Below, in pieces: positions 49,480-61,920 of a stretch of 64,000 bases of DNA. A program made the translations under genes and the position numbers. Position 1 is the first letter of the stretch, and each line of letters starts with the position of its first letter. The DNA is from Phoronis australis (Eukaryota > Animalia > Phoronida). The stretch is from the NCBI GenBank assembly GCA_002633005.1, contig NMRA01000263.1, positions 1-64,000 on the forward strand, in the 5' to 3' direction. The notes beneath the pieces are model-generated. The model made no database searches. It had not been told where the DNA came from and saw only the letters and a list, made by a program, of their open reading frames with translations.

Positions 49480-51600
49480 AAGCACAGTCCTTAACACGTT
49501 GTGAGAAAATATTTACAAACTACTCTTGACACACGACTCCTTGGTTTACCCATACACGGACAAAAATTGCGGACTGGACTTTCCCAATTATACATATGTC
49601 TACCATTTTCCTCTAGACTGTAAAACATGTTGTAAGCGGCCCTTGGATAACGTTTCTGTTGCATCTTCAAAATTTTAAACCAGTATTTAACACACCTAAC
49701 AAAGTATCTCGTATATATAGGGTGCCTGCCACATACATCCAATACTGATGCGTGAGAGCAAGAACCGCCAAGTCCCTAGGTCCATTTACAAAATTTTTAA
49801 TATTTTTTTCTAAACACTCGTATTCTTTAAAACCCCAAATCTCGAAACCATAACGCAGTGTTGGGTACAGCAATTTAACTGAAAGGCAAGTGATGGTAGC
49901 ATATCGCGATATCTGCGCTGTAGTTTCAAAACACGTGATGCAGCTTTATTTGCTTGACAATAGCGAGTTTTTGTTGTTTCCCACCATGACAATTTAGGTG
50001 TGATAAAACACTAAGGTATTTATAATGAGATAAAGCATCAACTTGTTGTTTATTATAAACATTTTTCATAGTGCTTTAAGGGACCTCCATTTCTAAATAC
50101 AATTATTTTGGTTTTCTTTAAATTCACAGCCATACCCCATGAATCACAATAATCATTGAGACAATTCAACAAACGTTGCAACTTAGACGCTGTTAGAGAG
50201 CACAAAACCATGTTATCAGCATATAATAGTGAATTAATATTTGTAGCATGTTAATCTAAGTAGATAGTATTTACGTCCCTACGTAAATTGAGTTTATCTA
50301 AAAACTCATTGAGATACAAAACAAATAGCAGAGGGCTTACCATACAACCTTGACGAGTACCAATAGTGCAATTAAATAAGTCTTTTAAGCCATCTCGTGT
50401 TAAAACACGTGATCTCAACTTGCTATACATTGATCGCAGAATTGATAACACATTACCATGAACACTAATTTGCATAAAGCTATGAAAAATAAGAATATGT
50501 GGTACTCGATCAAAAGCTTTTGAAAAGTCAATAAACGCACAATAGAACCTGCCACCTTTCTTGCTTATGGGATTCAGGCATATCGCATATAAACAAAATG
50601 TATGATCCACAGTCGCGTAATCTTTGCGGAACCCTGCTTGGGCTTCAAAAAGTTGACCATTACTTTCGGCCCAGCTATACAATCGGTTACTCAATTTTAT
50701 ATTAAAGAGATTCCCAATAGCCGACAGAAGCGTCCACGTTACCTTGTGTAAACAACGAAATTAAAAACGCATCACACCAAACGGGGGGATAGAAATCTGA
50801 CTGGAAAATTGCATTGAACAACTTATGTAGAATTGGCAAAATGGATGATTTGGTATATTTTAACATTTCAAAAGTAATTCTATCAATACCAGCGGCCTTT
50901 TTATAGGGGAGCTGAACAGTAACACGTAATGTCTGCATTTAAACCATGTTGTATGATGTGGGTACACTTGCCACAGCAGTTATCATGACTAGTCTCCTAT
51001 CGACGACAGTATTCATGAGTGAATCGCTAACAAGCACTTCTTGGTTTAACAGACTCTTAAAATAATCATGCCATTTTTGGTGAAATGGACGTGGTTCCGC
51101 ACCTCGGAGGTTGTGGACTAATAAATTTGATCATTTCCAAAATTCTTTTGGGTTGTTCTATTCTTGGCGATACTTTCCAGTAACTGAGCTTCATAATTTT
51201 TCTCTTGTTGTCTAAATAATTCACGGAATTGTTTTCTTTTTAATTTATAATTTCCCATGTTTGGCAGGAATGTATAACAACGAGATCGACTTCAGGATTC
51301 ACGTTGAGCATTTTTGGCAGATTCTAATTTTATCCCACCGCATGGGTTGACTTGGTTTCTTGTATTTACTGTTATCCAGTGAACGACTCGTTTTTATGAT
51401 TAGAAAATGTCAAAGCGGCCTGAAAATATAGATCTGAGATACACTGAACCGCCTTGTCTACATCACTTTGAGTTACGTCCAGTCGTGAAATTCGACTGAA
51501 AACTCCCTGCGAGTATTCAACTCTTTTCTTACTATCCCACTTAATACTATTATGCAAGCGTAACACATGTGACGTTTGGTTTATATGACAAATCAACTCG
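49480..51600 (-). mobile_element. Decayed RTE-X-like non-LTR retrotransposon
   Basis: KAAGIDRI, EAQAGFRKDYATVDH, FIDFSKAFDRV, GTRQGCMVSPLLF, LLYADNMVL, YGFEIWG. Confidence 0.9.
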
Positions 51601-52145
51601 CCAAACGTAAAGTGTTTTTGTTAAAAACGGCAGTTGTTTTCGTTTTTGTTGCATTACGCAAAAACATGGCCTTTATATCAAAAATCTTAATAGCTTTTTC
51701 GAGATTGATGATTACATGTAAATATTAAGTTTGGAGAGTTTCTGCGAAATCAACCCAACTGTTTTCGAGAATTTGTGTTCCTAAGTTCAAATTAAGTCAA
51801 AAATCGCTTAAAAGCCGATTAAAAGAGAATTCCACCCGATTTAATTAGTCTTTTTACCGTCTTAATCCGTCTATCTCCACATTGTCTCGCATACGGTCGA
51901 CCTTACCTTGCCGAGAGGTGTCGAGTTAATCTGTAAGGAAGGTGAGAAACGACACAGCGACGTCAGTGGTTCATTTGCAGAGTGAATGCCGTTATGTTGC
52001 GGTGTATCGCTCCCGCTTGCTGAACTATGCAGGTGCGAGGAAAGCGGGTATATCGTTATTTCGACTTCCTCGAGAGTCCGAAATGCTTAGAAAGTGGCTC
52101 GAGGTAGTGAAGAATGAAAAGTACGCTGTTGATAGCAAGTATGAG

Positions 52146-54574
52146 AAAATTCAGTCTTGGTTAAATGTAAATGGACTGGTTTTAAATGCAACTAAAACAA
52201 AATTCATGGTTTTTCATAAACCCCCAAAACGTATTGATGATTTTCATTTAAAGTTAAATAATTTGGAAATTGAAAGAGTTCTTTCTTTCAATTTACTTGG
52301 TGTTACCATCAACAAAAACTTGTTATGGAGTCCACACATAAACAATTTGTTGAGAAAGATAAGCAGATTCTGTGGTGTTCTTAATAACATAAACATTTCT
52401 TGCCCTTTGAAACTTTGAAAACTATATATAATGGCCTTGTCCTTCCTCATTTGAATTATGGCATTCTGCTATGGGGGGTGAACATCATAGAATATTCAAA
52501 TTACAGAAAAAAAAGTTATTCGCACTATTACAGTACAGCCACTGAATTGTTAGACTCTCTCCGGTGTCTCTCCGGTCTAGCCACCCGTGACCGTAACCGG
52601 AGAACGACCGGAGAGTGAGGCGTGAATCAACCGTGACAGCTGGCGTGAGCCTAAGCGTGACTGTACCCGGAGCTTACCGTGAGTTAGACGTGAGTTTACC
52701 TGCATCGCAGATGATAAAGTGATTTATTAAAATTACATCAGTAACTAGCAGTGATGTATGTATTTTCATAGACTTTTGCTCATGTGAGATTTATTTTTTT
52801 TGAAATCGTCACGTGCAGTAAAAGACCAAAATTTCCGTCTCAAATCTTAAGTCATTTCAGAAAACAGACCTGTGGACTTTACTTTTCAGTTATATATAAG
52901 TATTTGTTTTTATATAAACTAATAAAGAATCTTAAAACGCGTGTACACGGCGGAATTATTCAATTGCCTTCACGATATGAAGGAGCATGGCATGTCAATT
53001 TTGAGCACATTGATCCCAAGTTCCGGCATCATGCGGAGAAAACTGATCACGCCCATGCACTTGACGAGTCAAACAGATGACCGCTATTATTATTTTAGTG
53101 AAGAAGTAGCCCGGGGATGCTGTGTACTCAGTCGAAACACATGTACTACGGGGAGAGAGCTACAAATAATTGAACTGCACAACGGATTCAGGACTTTTAA
53201 GTCGAAACATTTACTTGCAGTAAGGGATGGGTATGTCAGAAGGGCGGCCTATTGAAATTTTCTGTACGTCATTGCGGTGCAAAAATTTACGGAGTGACAC
53301 AATACTTCACAAGATGCGTAGCCTATTTTTAAGGCGAATTAACTATATCCACCTGTGACAAGTTTCAAGGAGTCCGCGGCCATGTGGAGATGACTCTGGG
53401 CACAGGGTCGCGTTTATTCGTATTTACTAACCGTAGTTACTGTAGATGTTTGTCGTTGATGGGACTGGCTCTTAAGTCGTAAATGGAACTTGTACATGTA
53501 ACTGTAACACAAGACGAGCTGAAGAAAGACGTTTGTATGAACAACACGTGGAATTACACAGTTAGTCAGAACCCAAGTGTGATAGATGACCGCTTGCAAA
53601 GATACTCTATAATATACTATAATGTCTTTGCAACTTGACCGAAACGACAGGCAATCAAGACGTTACATGTATTTTTACTGATTAGCCTGGTGCCCTATCA
53701 TGGTTAAAACAGCTACCGAAGGCGTGAAGAAAGCGTGAGGTAAGCGTGACGGAGGCGCGACAAAAACGTGAACGAGGCGTGAGGAAGGCGTTAACTAAAC
53801 CGGAGGTAAGCGTGAGGACTACCCGGAGAGTAGGCGTGAGGCGACCGTGACTGATTTCTGTCACGCCTGTGTTCCGGTTGCGCTCCGGTCTGGCCAGGCG
53901 TGAGGTAGAACGGACGAAGTCTAAAAATTCAGTGGCTGTACTGTACCTCTAGTCATTTTAATGCCCATACAGATCCTTTATTTAAGACTACACAGTTACT
54001 CAAAATAAAGGACTTGTATGTTGTTGCTATTATTAATTTTTTCTACAAATATGTTCATAATTACTAACCTTCATTTTTAAAACGTTCAATTTAATAACTC
54101 GTGGGTCTGTTCATGAACATTACACAAGGCACCGACATCTTTTACATACTCCCCGCTGTACTAAATCATTTGCTGAAGATTCAATTCGAAATGCCCTACC
54201 TCATATCATTAATAACCTTCCTGAAAGTGTCTCCCAAAAACTTTTTACCCATTCGATATCCTCTGTTATAAATTATTTTAAGAATGTTTGTTTTAAAAAT
54301 TATGAACTTGAGTGCACTATTCCCAACTGCTTTGTGTGTAACTATTTTCGATAATCTCTCCCAGTCTTTACACAAGTAGTTTTAAAGTACATTATCACCT
54401 AATTTTTATAGTTCTGCTTATCTGTAACGCTGTATTTTTTCTTTCTTATTCTCTGGTGGCTCCGTGGTCAGCGGACCTCTCGGGTCCTGGAGTCTCCATA
54501 AGCATTAATCTCTATCAACTGTATTTTTTGTTTTTTGACTTAAAGTGAATAAAGTGTTTTACTACTATTACTAC
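52146..54574 (+). mobile_element. 5'-truncated CR1/L2-group LINE
   Basis: WLNVNGLVLNATKTKFMVF, PHLNYGILLWG, IRTIT|SSHFNAHTDPLFK; 3' stem-loop ~54455-54497, AATAAA, (TAC)n tail; TSD TATGAG at 52140-45 and 54575-80. Confidence 0.85.
52531..53943. mobile_element. 1413-bp non-autonomous TIR element with TA TSD (Tc1/mariner-like ends)
   Basis: TIR CAGTACAGCCACTGAATTGTTAGACT / AGTCTAAAAATTCAGTGGCTGTACTG; removing it restores the CR1 frame; CGTGAG-rich subterminal arrays. Confidence 0.85.
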
Positions 54575-56294
54575 TATGAGGCCGTGAAACATCCCCGGTG
54601 TCTATGGCCGGCAGTCGTCGACAGTGAATCTGACGAATGCCGGCTTACCAAAGAACTGTTCAATACATACGTTCCGTTGCCTGTGCATGTTCACGGCGCC
54701 TCTCTAGTATTTCTTGATCAGTGTATTCCGGTTCCAACTGATAGCTTGTGAAACTTAACGATCCACCTACAAAATCTTCGACGAATGAGCTCTCGTCTAA
54801 GTCGGAATTCCGAGTTGCCATGTTGACGTTTATTATTCAGCGTTCTTTTTCAAAGAGAATTATTCTCACCCTAACCAATGGTTATATAAAACTGAAACAA
54901 AGTCTCTGTTTCATTAGATACAATTTGTTTCGTGAGTGCAAATGTTTTTTAGAAGCCAGCAATGAATAAACCACTGCGTTACGGGTTTCAGATGCAAAAA
55001 AGGTAATTGACCGGGCACCGTGTGAGCGCATGCCAATTCAGTGTTTGCTGACGAAAGCTGTTGTGAAACAGTAACTCGATTTTATATGCCATGTTCACAT
55101 GTTAGAGGAATCTTTATTTATCCACATCATTGTTACTGTACAACTTTCGCCCTGACGGTTCTGTAAAAGGGCAACTTGACTTCGCGGCCCCCGACAAGTA
55201 AGTTGATTTGCAGTTTCGCGGCTAATTCACCAAAATAATTACATGCACATTATTTCACTAGTATAGTCTATTCGTGACTGGACTTTTAGTTTCCAACTTA
55301 AGCTGGTTTATGTTCGTGATGTTCAATCCCGGCGGCCGCGATTGACCAGATCGTGTTCCGAGGCACTGGCTGGGATAACAGGCATTTTGTGTATTTAGAG
55401 CTGAAAATATTACAAGTCAAAAAGTACAACACACAGATTTATCTTTCATGTCTGTATTTCACGGAAGAATGATTCAAATTTATTACTAAACAGACCCCAA
55501 ACTCCAGCGATCGACCATGATAAATTGGCCTACCGAACCTAGGAGTCTACACTCAGTCCTTGACCGAACTCTGTAGGCTAACGTACGTTCAAATACTTAA
55601 ACAACACGTTTGTTCAAAGACTCGGTGTATTTGTAAAGCTTTTACATCGAAATTTGACGATTTACTAGTGTAAAACGATGCATTCAAGCGATAATTTGAC
55701 ACCAGTAAGCGCGTTGTGAACGGCTGAACAGACTGCCTTCGAACCGATTACGTCATTGGTTAATTTCAACACCTCCGTCTGCCGTCAGATGTCCCGTAAA
55801 ACAACTGGAACTTGCTGTTATCTAAATTGATACAAAATAGGTTGTTTTTTAGGTGGCATTCTCCTTTAAGTCGTGAGAGTGAAAGTCTCAAGGTCTTCAG
55901 TTAACTATTCTGTGAAAACTTCTTTGGCCAACCTATACACCACTTATTTCAACATTCACGACCAACTTCATTTGATTTTGCAGTGCGTAATTAACACAAT
56001 TATCTCGAAAAACGTTTAGTGGAATTCCAATGGGTGGAGTCCAACTGGGTCACGGGCGGAGCCAACGTATTAAGTGGGTCACGCTAATGTACTTTGGTTC
56101 ACTTAAAGTAGGTAAAGAGTTCATTGACACACCACGCGCTGGGATACTAATCCAAGAATAAAATGGCCTAATATGCAGTAAAATGTAACAATTTTGTAAA
56201 ATGAAACAAGTATTACATTTTACGTCATTGTTACATTTTACGTTACTGAGCCTCTTCTAAAATGTAAAAAGATGTTATAAGTCCGAAAAGATGC

Positions 56295-56346
56295 ACCGTG
56301 AGTAGAAGATCCTGGTTCGAGTCCCGGTCGAGGCAGAAATCTTTTT
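56295..56346 (+). other. tRNA-derived fragment (B box and T-arm)
   Basis: CCTGGTTCGAGTCCCGG followed by TTTTT; no A box/D-arm or acceptor stem. Confidence 0.4.
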
Positions 56347-57521
56347 GGAATTATATTCATTAGGTCACGTGATGTGACCAAAAAGATGGCGAATTGAATG
56401 GGAAAAACTGCTTGCAACATATTCCACGCCTCACTGAATAAGATAAATTTATTCAAATGCCACTGCGCCTTTCTCTTTGTCACATTCTGTTTGCACAGCA
56501 ATCGACTCCATGCTCTATGGTGGAAATAGCACCAAGATAATTTAATTGTTCACTGCAGCTAAACGCGTGTGCGAAACGTATTTTCATAAAAAGACCTGTA
56601 CATTTGAACTCGAGGCATGGTAATAAAGTATGTACTTCGAGGTATTTCCACCATCATATTTGTGTACGGTGAAATAACTATAATAATGGCATTCACAAAA
56701 AAATGAAATTCGATAAGGAAAACATCTTGATGACCATAGCAGATAATACTTAAAAAGTATTGATAACATCACATACATATATTTTACGTGATATTTTTGT
56801 TTCCTAACTCAAGCATGTATCACCGGGGCAACTTCCAATATCTAGCGCAAACTGGCTAAAGGTGATTCCCTTGTACTAGCTGGTAACTGTGCTTTGCACG
56901 GGTTCCAGTTAGTATATTATATAGTCCGAGGACACGGGAGCGATGACCTATGTACAAAAGCGAGAAAATCCACAACCCAGTACTTAACTGCGTAGTGCAT
57001 AATGCAGTGCTGGACATCCAACCTCAATCACAAATTTAGACTGCATGAACCAATGTTCCGATTTAGTAACCTCCGCAAGCCTGCATGTACTTCCACCACC
57101 TGCTCCTACCTCTTCAAGCGCCTATCCCTTTTCATAAATTATTGCCCATAAGTGGTCTTGTGATCTTGATCATGTGTTGGTATCTGGACCGGTTTATTCT
57201 TACAATTTCTTTTAGAATGCCGTATTGATCAGACTTTAAATCAAACACCACCAAAAATAGGATATCTGCTAATTTTCAGTTCGTACGTAGTCTGAATTAG
57301 CTGAGATAATCATTGCCTATGGCATTGTGATCAGGTTTTTTTCTCTGTTTAACAAGTAGAAATATTTTTGATTATTAAATTAGTTTATATAGAGGCTCTT
57401 ACCTATTTGTTTATAAGCGCTTCTACCTTATTTTACCACTTGTGTGACCTACTTCTCATCAACAATTTATTACTCACTTGATCTCTTTGTTCGGAGAACG
57501 GTCACTGACATACTGGGAAGA

Positions 57522-57659
57522 GTTCAGTAACACTAGAACCTACGCTAGGAACTCGCTAAACAGCAAGATTTCGTGAGATTACGTGAGATATTGTCGTGTA
57601 TTTTAAATGAAAACACGTGGTTTTGGCTAGATTTTTTAGCCGCGAGGCGGCTACTGAAC
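57522..57659 (+). mobile_element. MITE family X copy 4 (diverged)
   Basis: GTTCAGTAA..CGCTAGGAACTCGCTAAACAGCAAGATTTCGTGAGATTACGTGAG..CTACTGAAC. Confidence 0.75.
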
Positions 57660-58069
57660 TCTACCCCGGAATGCCCAGTACTGAACTTGACCTGTGCACT
57701 GTTCTAGAGCTTGCAACCCCGAGAATAGCCGCGAGAGGGCATTGTGAATTTCCGGATACCTGCTCTACTGCGTTTTGAGCCTAATTTCGTGCTTCGTTTT
57801 CATTTTGTCATTTTGTTCATCAAGCGAGACTTTTGACGTGCGGTTCTAGACAACCACTTATTTCTCGACAAAATTTAATGAGCAAACCCTACGATTTTAT
57901 TGGTCATTCTTTATACACACCTGGACATGCGGCCCTGGCTAGATGCCAGGAATAGCCTGGTCCCGAGTGTCTTTTCAGCTCCACTGAGTCTTACGCAACC
58001 CGTAATTGCGTAACTAATTGACCTATCGCAACCTCCGCCCAAAGCGAAAAGCCATGAGACACCTGACAA

Positions 58070-58360
58070 ACAAATAAGATATGTCAGAGGCAAATACAAT
58101 GTCGCTAAACGACGTTCCTGGTTGAATCAATTTGTGTTTTTGCACTAAGTGAAAAGGCCTCAACAAAGACAACAGCCGATGCTTTTCAGTAGAGAATCGT
58201 ATTTTTATGATGTGGGAATTTGTAAAGGCAACGATGAAAAAATAAGTGTTCGAGGATAAGTATTTCGAGGACAACGAAAATCCCAGAAACCCACGCGGCG
58301 TTCACCTTCACTGACAAATGACAAGGCAACTGATGCGCTATGGTCATGCAAAGCTGGCGA
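58070..58360 (+). mobile_element. SWIM-finger gene remnant (ISL2EU-associated type)
   Basis: FSRESYFYDV..ISVRG..FRGQRKSQKP..WSCKAG (canonical CxCKAG), with frameshifts. Confidence 0.4.
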
Positions 58361-59954
58361 AGAACCTTAAAGTCGAATTTTCTTTACGATGCCATAGATT
58401 TCAGGATCTTTCGAACAAAGTCAAGTGAAGATGCACCGAATCGGATATTTTTTATTCTGCCGTCTGCTAAATTCCGCCAAACATTTGAAAAGTAGGCCAA
58501 AACTGGTGGAATTCCTTAATGCATGGAAATGGCCGTTATTGCGCCATTAAGACACTTATGTTAGGCCTACCTTCAGATGAACTTCGTATTTTTGTAGTTT
58601 CATTGCTTAAAGGTAGCTTTCATTTAATTTAAAACGTTGCATGATTACTAAGCTATGGTACGGCTAAAAACGATGTCAGGTCTGGTGTAGTGGCGAAAAA
58701 TGGCTTTACAAAAATAACTCAAATTCTTTTTTAAAGAGTCATAAATCTAAATATTGAGGTTGAACAACTTCAAAATGAAAACTCTCTCTAACTCTTCAGG
58801 AGAAGTTTTTCAACGGGTTCTCATCAAAAAGTAATTCAACTGTTTATTTTTGGGGACAACAGTTCGAATAAAGCTTTGAGTTCAGTAATCCAGTGCCTCT
58901 ACCTGTGCCGATCGAATCTCAATTTGGGAGTCAGAGAAGTTTAGCTGAATAGCAAGAAACCTCTGCTAAGAAACAAAACGATTCTGTACAAACGTCACTA
59001 ATGACACAATCTATGTGAAACAAAATGCATTTAGTGTGTTTTTAAATCATTAAAGGTGCGCCTATAACCGGAGCACGTGCCGCCTGTGCCTACTTGCGGA
59101 ACTTTGGCGCATGTGCTTATATGCAGGACATTTGAGTAAAAAGTCTTGCAAAAAACGCCATGCGCCTAATTAAGGGGCTATATGGTAACTCGATTTCTGA
59201 GCAGTACTGTTATTTACCTGAACCCGTGAAACAGAATTTTAGAAATGAAAAAATTACCTAGTAAAAGAATCCAATCCAATACTTCGTGTTGCTGACAGCG
59301 TGCAGCGCACATGCCAAGAGCAGCGCTCTTTGCGGACTGTTTCTTCAACGGAATTTTGATAATTTAGATGTATTGGGCTAACCAGATAATCCTCACTCAA
59401 GTGTCGGCCCGTCAGATGATAAGGGGAAGTGCCTTTTCGTGCCACTTTACGTCAGCACGAGATCCCAGCACTGTAAAAAGGCGGATAACAATTGTATTGA
59501 ATATGGGTGTGAATGGAACACCATTCCGTGCGGGTGCCGTTCTCAGTTGTTTGATTTAAAAGGTTGTTCTGGCGGTACCGTAAACAAACGCAAGACAATA
59601 AGCCTGGCAGTTGTTTAAGTGTATCGGTCTCATGGGCCGCGCAGCACTGAAATAAGTGGGAGCTATGGCCCCCCAGCCCCTTGTGGTGTGCCGCCCAACT
59701 ATGGGCTGTGTAGCACTGAAATAAGCCCCCCCCCCTATGGTGCGCAGGTCATGTGTCTGCTGTCTTTTCCCTCCCTCTCTGAAACAAATCCTACGCTAAC
59801 ATTTGGGGTTTTGTTAACCAAAGCCTTAGCCACACAGTGACTAACCCATCGATTCACAAATGAGGCTATTCGGAAAATTTACATTAACTAGAGGGCGCGC
59901 GTGTACTAGTGGTGATAGATTAAGCAGCCTCGATATCGCGAGCCTTTCATATAC

Positions 59955-61920
59955 ATGGTGAAATGGCTTGAAGCCGTGCTAACTGAATCTGAGATTGCGT
60001 GAAAAGGGTGCTTCTATGAGAGGAAGTAAGCACGATCTTATACAAAGGTAAGGTTTGTGATTATTTTAACGATTATTCCATGTTTATTTTACTGATGCTT
60101 GTTAACTGAGGTACTCACCGATGTCGACTTCGCGGCAGTCGCCAGTCGGGTTAATCTTTCTTTGTTGTGATATGTCACGATACTTGACGTTGCACTGGGG
60201 ATCTTTTCGTACATCAAAGCAGTATTATTGTTTGGAATGATTTCTAACAGGTTTGTCACTGACACTTGCATCAATCAATGCTGAATGTTTATGCTGTCAA
60301 CTCTATATTGGTCAGCGAATTAAGATTACAATCCAAGCCCAATGGCAAAGGGTACGTGACAAATCTCCATTAGACTATTTGTTTACTCCCTCTCCTATTC
60401 TTCCGGAAATCTAATACACGTTAAAATAGAAATCTATCATGTCTGTTTTCACGTGACCTTTGGTTTTAGGTTTGAGAGCTTGTACCGTGCAGAGGAGATA
60501 TGCATCGCTTCTGCATCGTCCCTGAATGGACAAAAATTGGTTTTAAGCATTTGACTGCAGCTAACCAGCAAGATCTTCCCATCCAGTGCAGATCTGTTGT
60601 CAAAGCCTACTTTCTTTATCGGAGACAACGAACAAAACCTTTGAAAGGGAACAGCTATTTTTAAAGAAAGATATGTAAGTCGTTTTGTTAATTTACTTAT
60701 TCAGGTCCTCAGCGGGGGATTGGGATAAGGGGTTGGGGTTGTAAAATTTGGTGCAACTGAATGTGTGGAAATAACAGGTAATGGTGTCTGGTTGAAAGAG
60801 CATGGTGAGGTAATTCTTAACCTTCATGAACTTCCTTCAAGTTTATTTCATGAAACTGTTTTGCTATCAATTGTAAACCCATAAAAATATATTACATTTT
60901 CTGAATTCTCAGTGACTGAATAGTCTTAACTCATGCCTTGAAATGTTGCAAGTCGTTTATAAATTCAAATGACTACCATTTTTTGAAAAATGCATTTTTG
61001 ATGGTGCCTTACGATTTGTAATTACTCTTAAACAACAAAAAGATTATCCATCATTTTTTTAAAATCTTCTTTTAGAAGAAAAATAAATGGTCTGAGAAAC
61101 AGTTACCTCAGCCTTAGACTAGAAGTATGCTTGACAGACCCATGAATCTGTAATCGGAGTTTAAAATTGCTGAAGGTATCAAAAATAAAAATGCTTGAAA
61201 ATGGGTAACAAACGTTTGAAGTTGTCTCAAATAACTTGCATATTTTGCAGACAAGTGATGCGTTTAAAGAAATGTTATGGCTACGAATGAAAAATAAAGA
61301 CGCAGGTTTATACAATACTTATTATATACATCCTTGCTTTCTGAAAATTGTAAATATTTAATTTTGTGTGGAATTGTAGAGCAGTCACCATATCATCTTT
61401 TTGAAAAACAGGGATAGCATTTTTTACCCAACCTGGAGTACTTAAATATTCAGATTTCAATATTTGTTCCAAGTTCAGTGACATTTTATGGCCACTTCAA
61501 GCCGCAACATAGACAAGCTTCGTTACTCCTTTCTCTTCCCACAGCATTTCCACACACCAGCAGTGCTGCATGCCACAATGTACAAGTCAGTGACCCTGGA
61601 GAAATGTGAATCGCAGTATTAAGTTACCATATGACAATGTGCCAGTGGATTGTTTGTGTATGAAGAGGAACTATATTTGACTGCTACACAAGTTAGCCAT
61701 GTTGGTGAGGAGGCCCTTTCATAGGCATTAAGTCATGTGTGGACAATAGCTTATTTCCTTTCCTGGAAGAAACATGAGGGACTGAAGCTAAAGAAGACCT
61801 AGTGACACTCGAGTCAAGTGATATGCTGTTGTGTTCACTTTCCAAGGATCTAATTGTGGATGTTATTGAGGTTACATGAAGGAAAGACACGTGCCGAAAC
61901 TGGACTTTTTACAAGCGTTT
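59955..61920 (+). pseudogene. Spliced remnant of a SAP...YqaJ-type exonuclease gene (transposon accessory gene)
   Basis: Exon 59955-60047 LRLREKGASMRGSKHDLIQR (SAP-like, AG|GTAAGG); exon 60470-60674 PEW..DLP..VVKAYF..KGNSYF; ~61857 VDVIEVT*RKDTCRNW resembles the start of a YqaJ domain. Confidence 0.4.

Larger units (their letters stand above)
51823..55865 (+). mobile_element. Kolobok-like DNA transposon with a degenerate THAP domain
   Basis: TTAA TSDs (51819-22, 55866-69); TIRs AAGAGAATTCCACC / GGTGGCATTCTCCT (12/14); MPLCCGV..GISLFRLPRESEMLRKWLEVVK at 51987-52112. Confidence 0.65.

Noticed and set aside
51942-52418. THAP-RT fusion protein
   Set aside because: Chance in-frame junction of a CR1 insertion into a dead THAP ORF, shown by the TSD.
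56295-56346. Functional tRNA gene
   Set aside because: Only a B box/T-arm is present; no cloverleaf.
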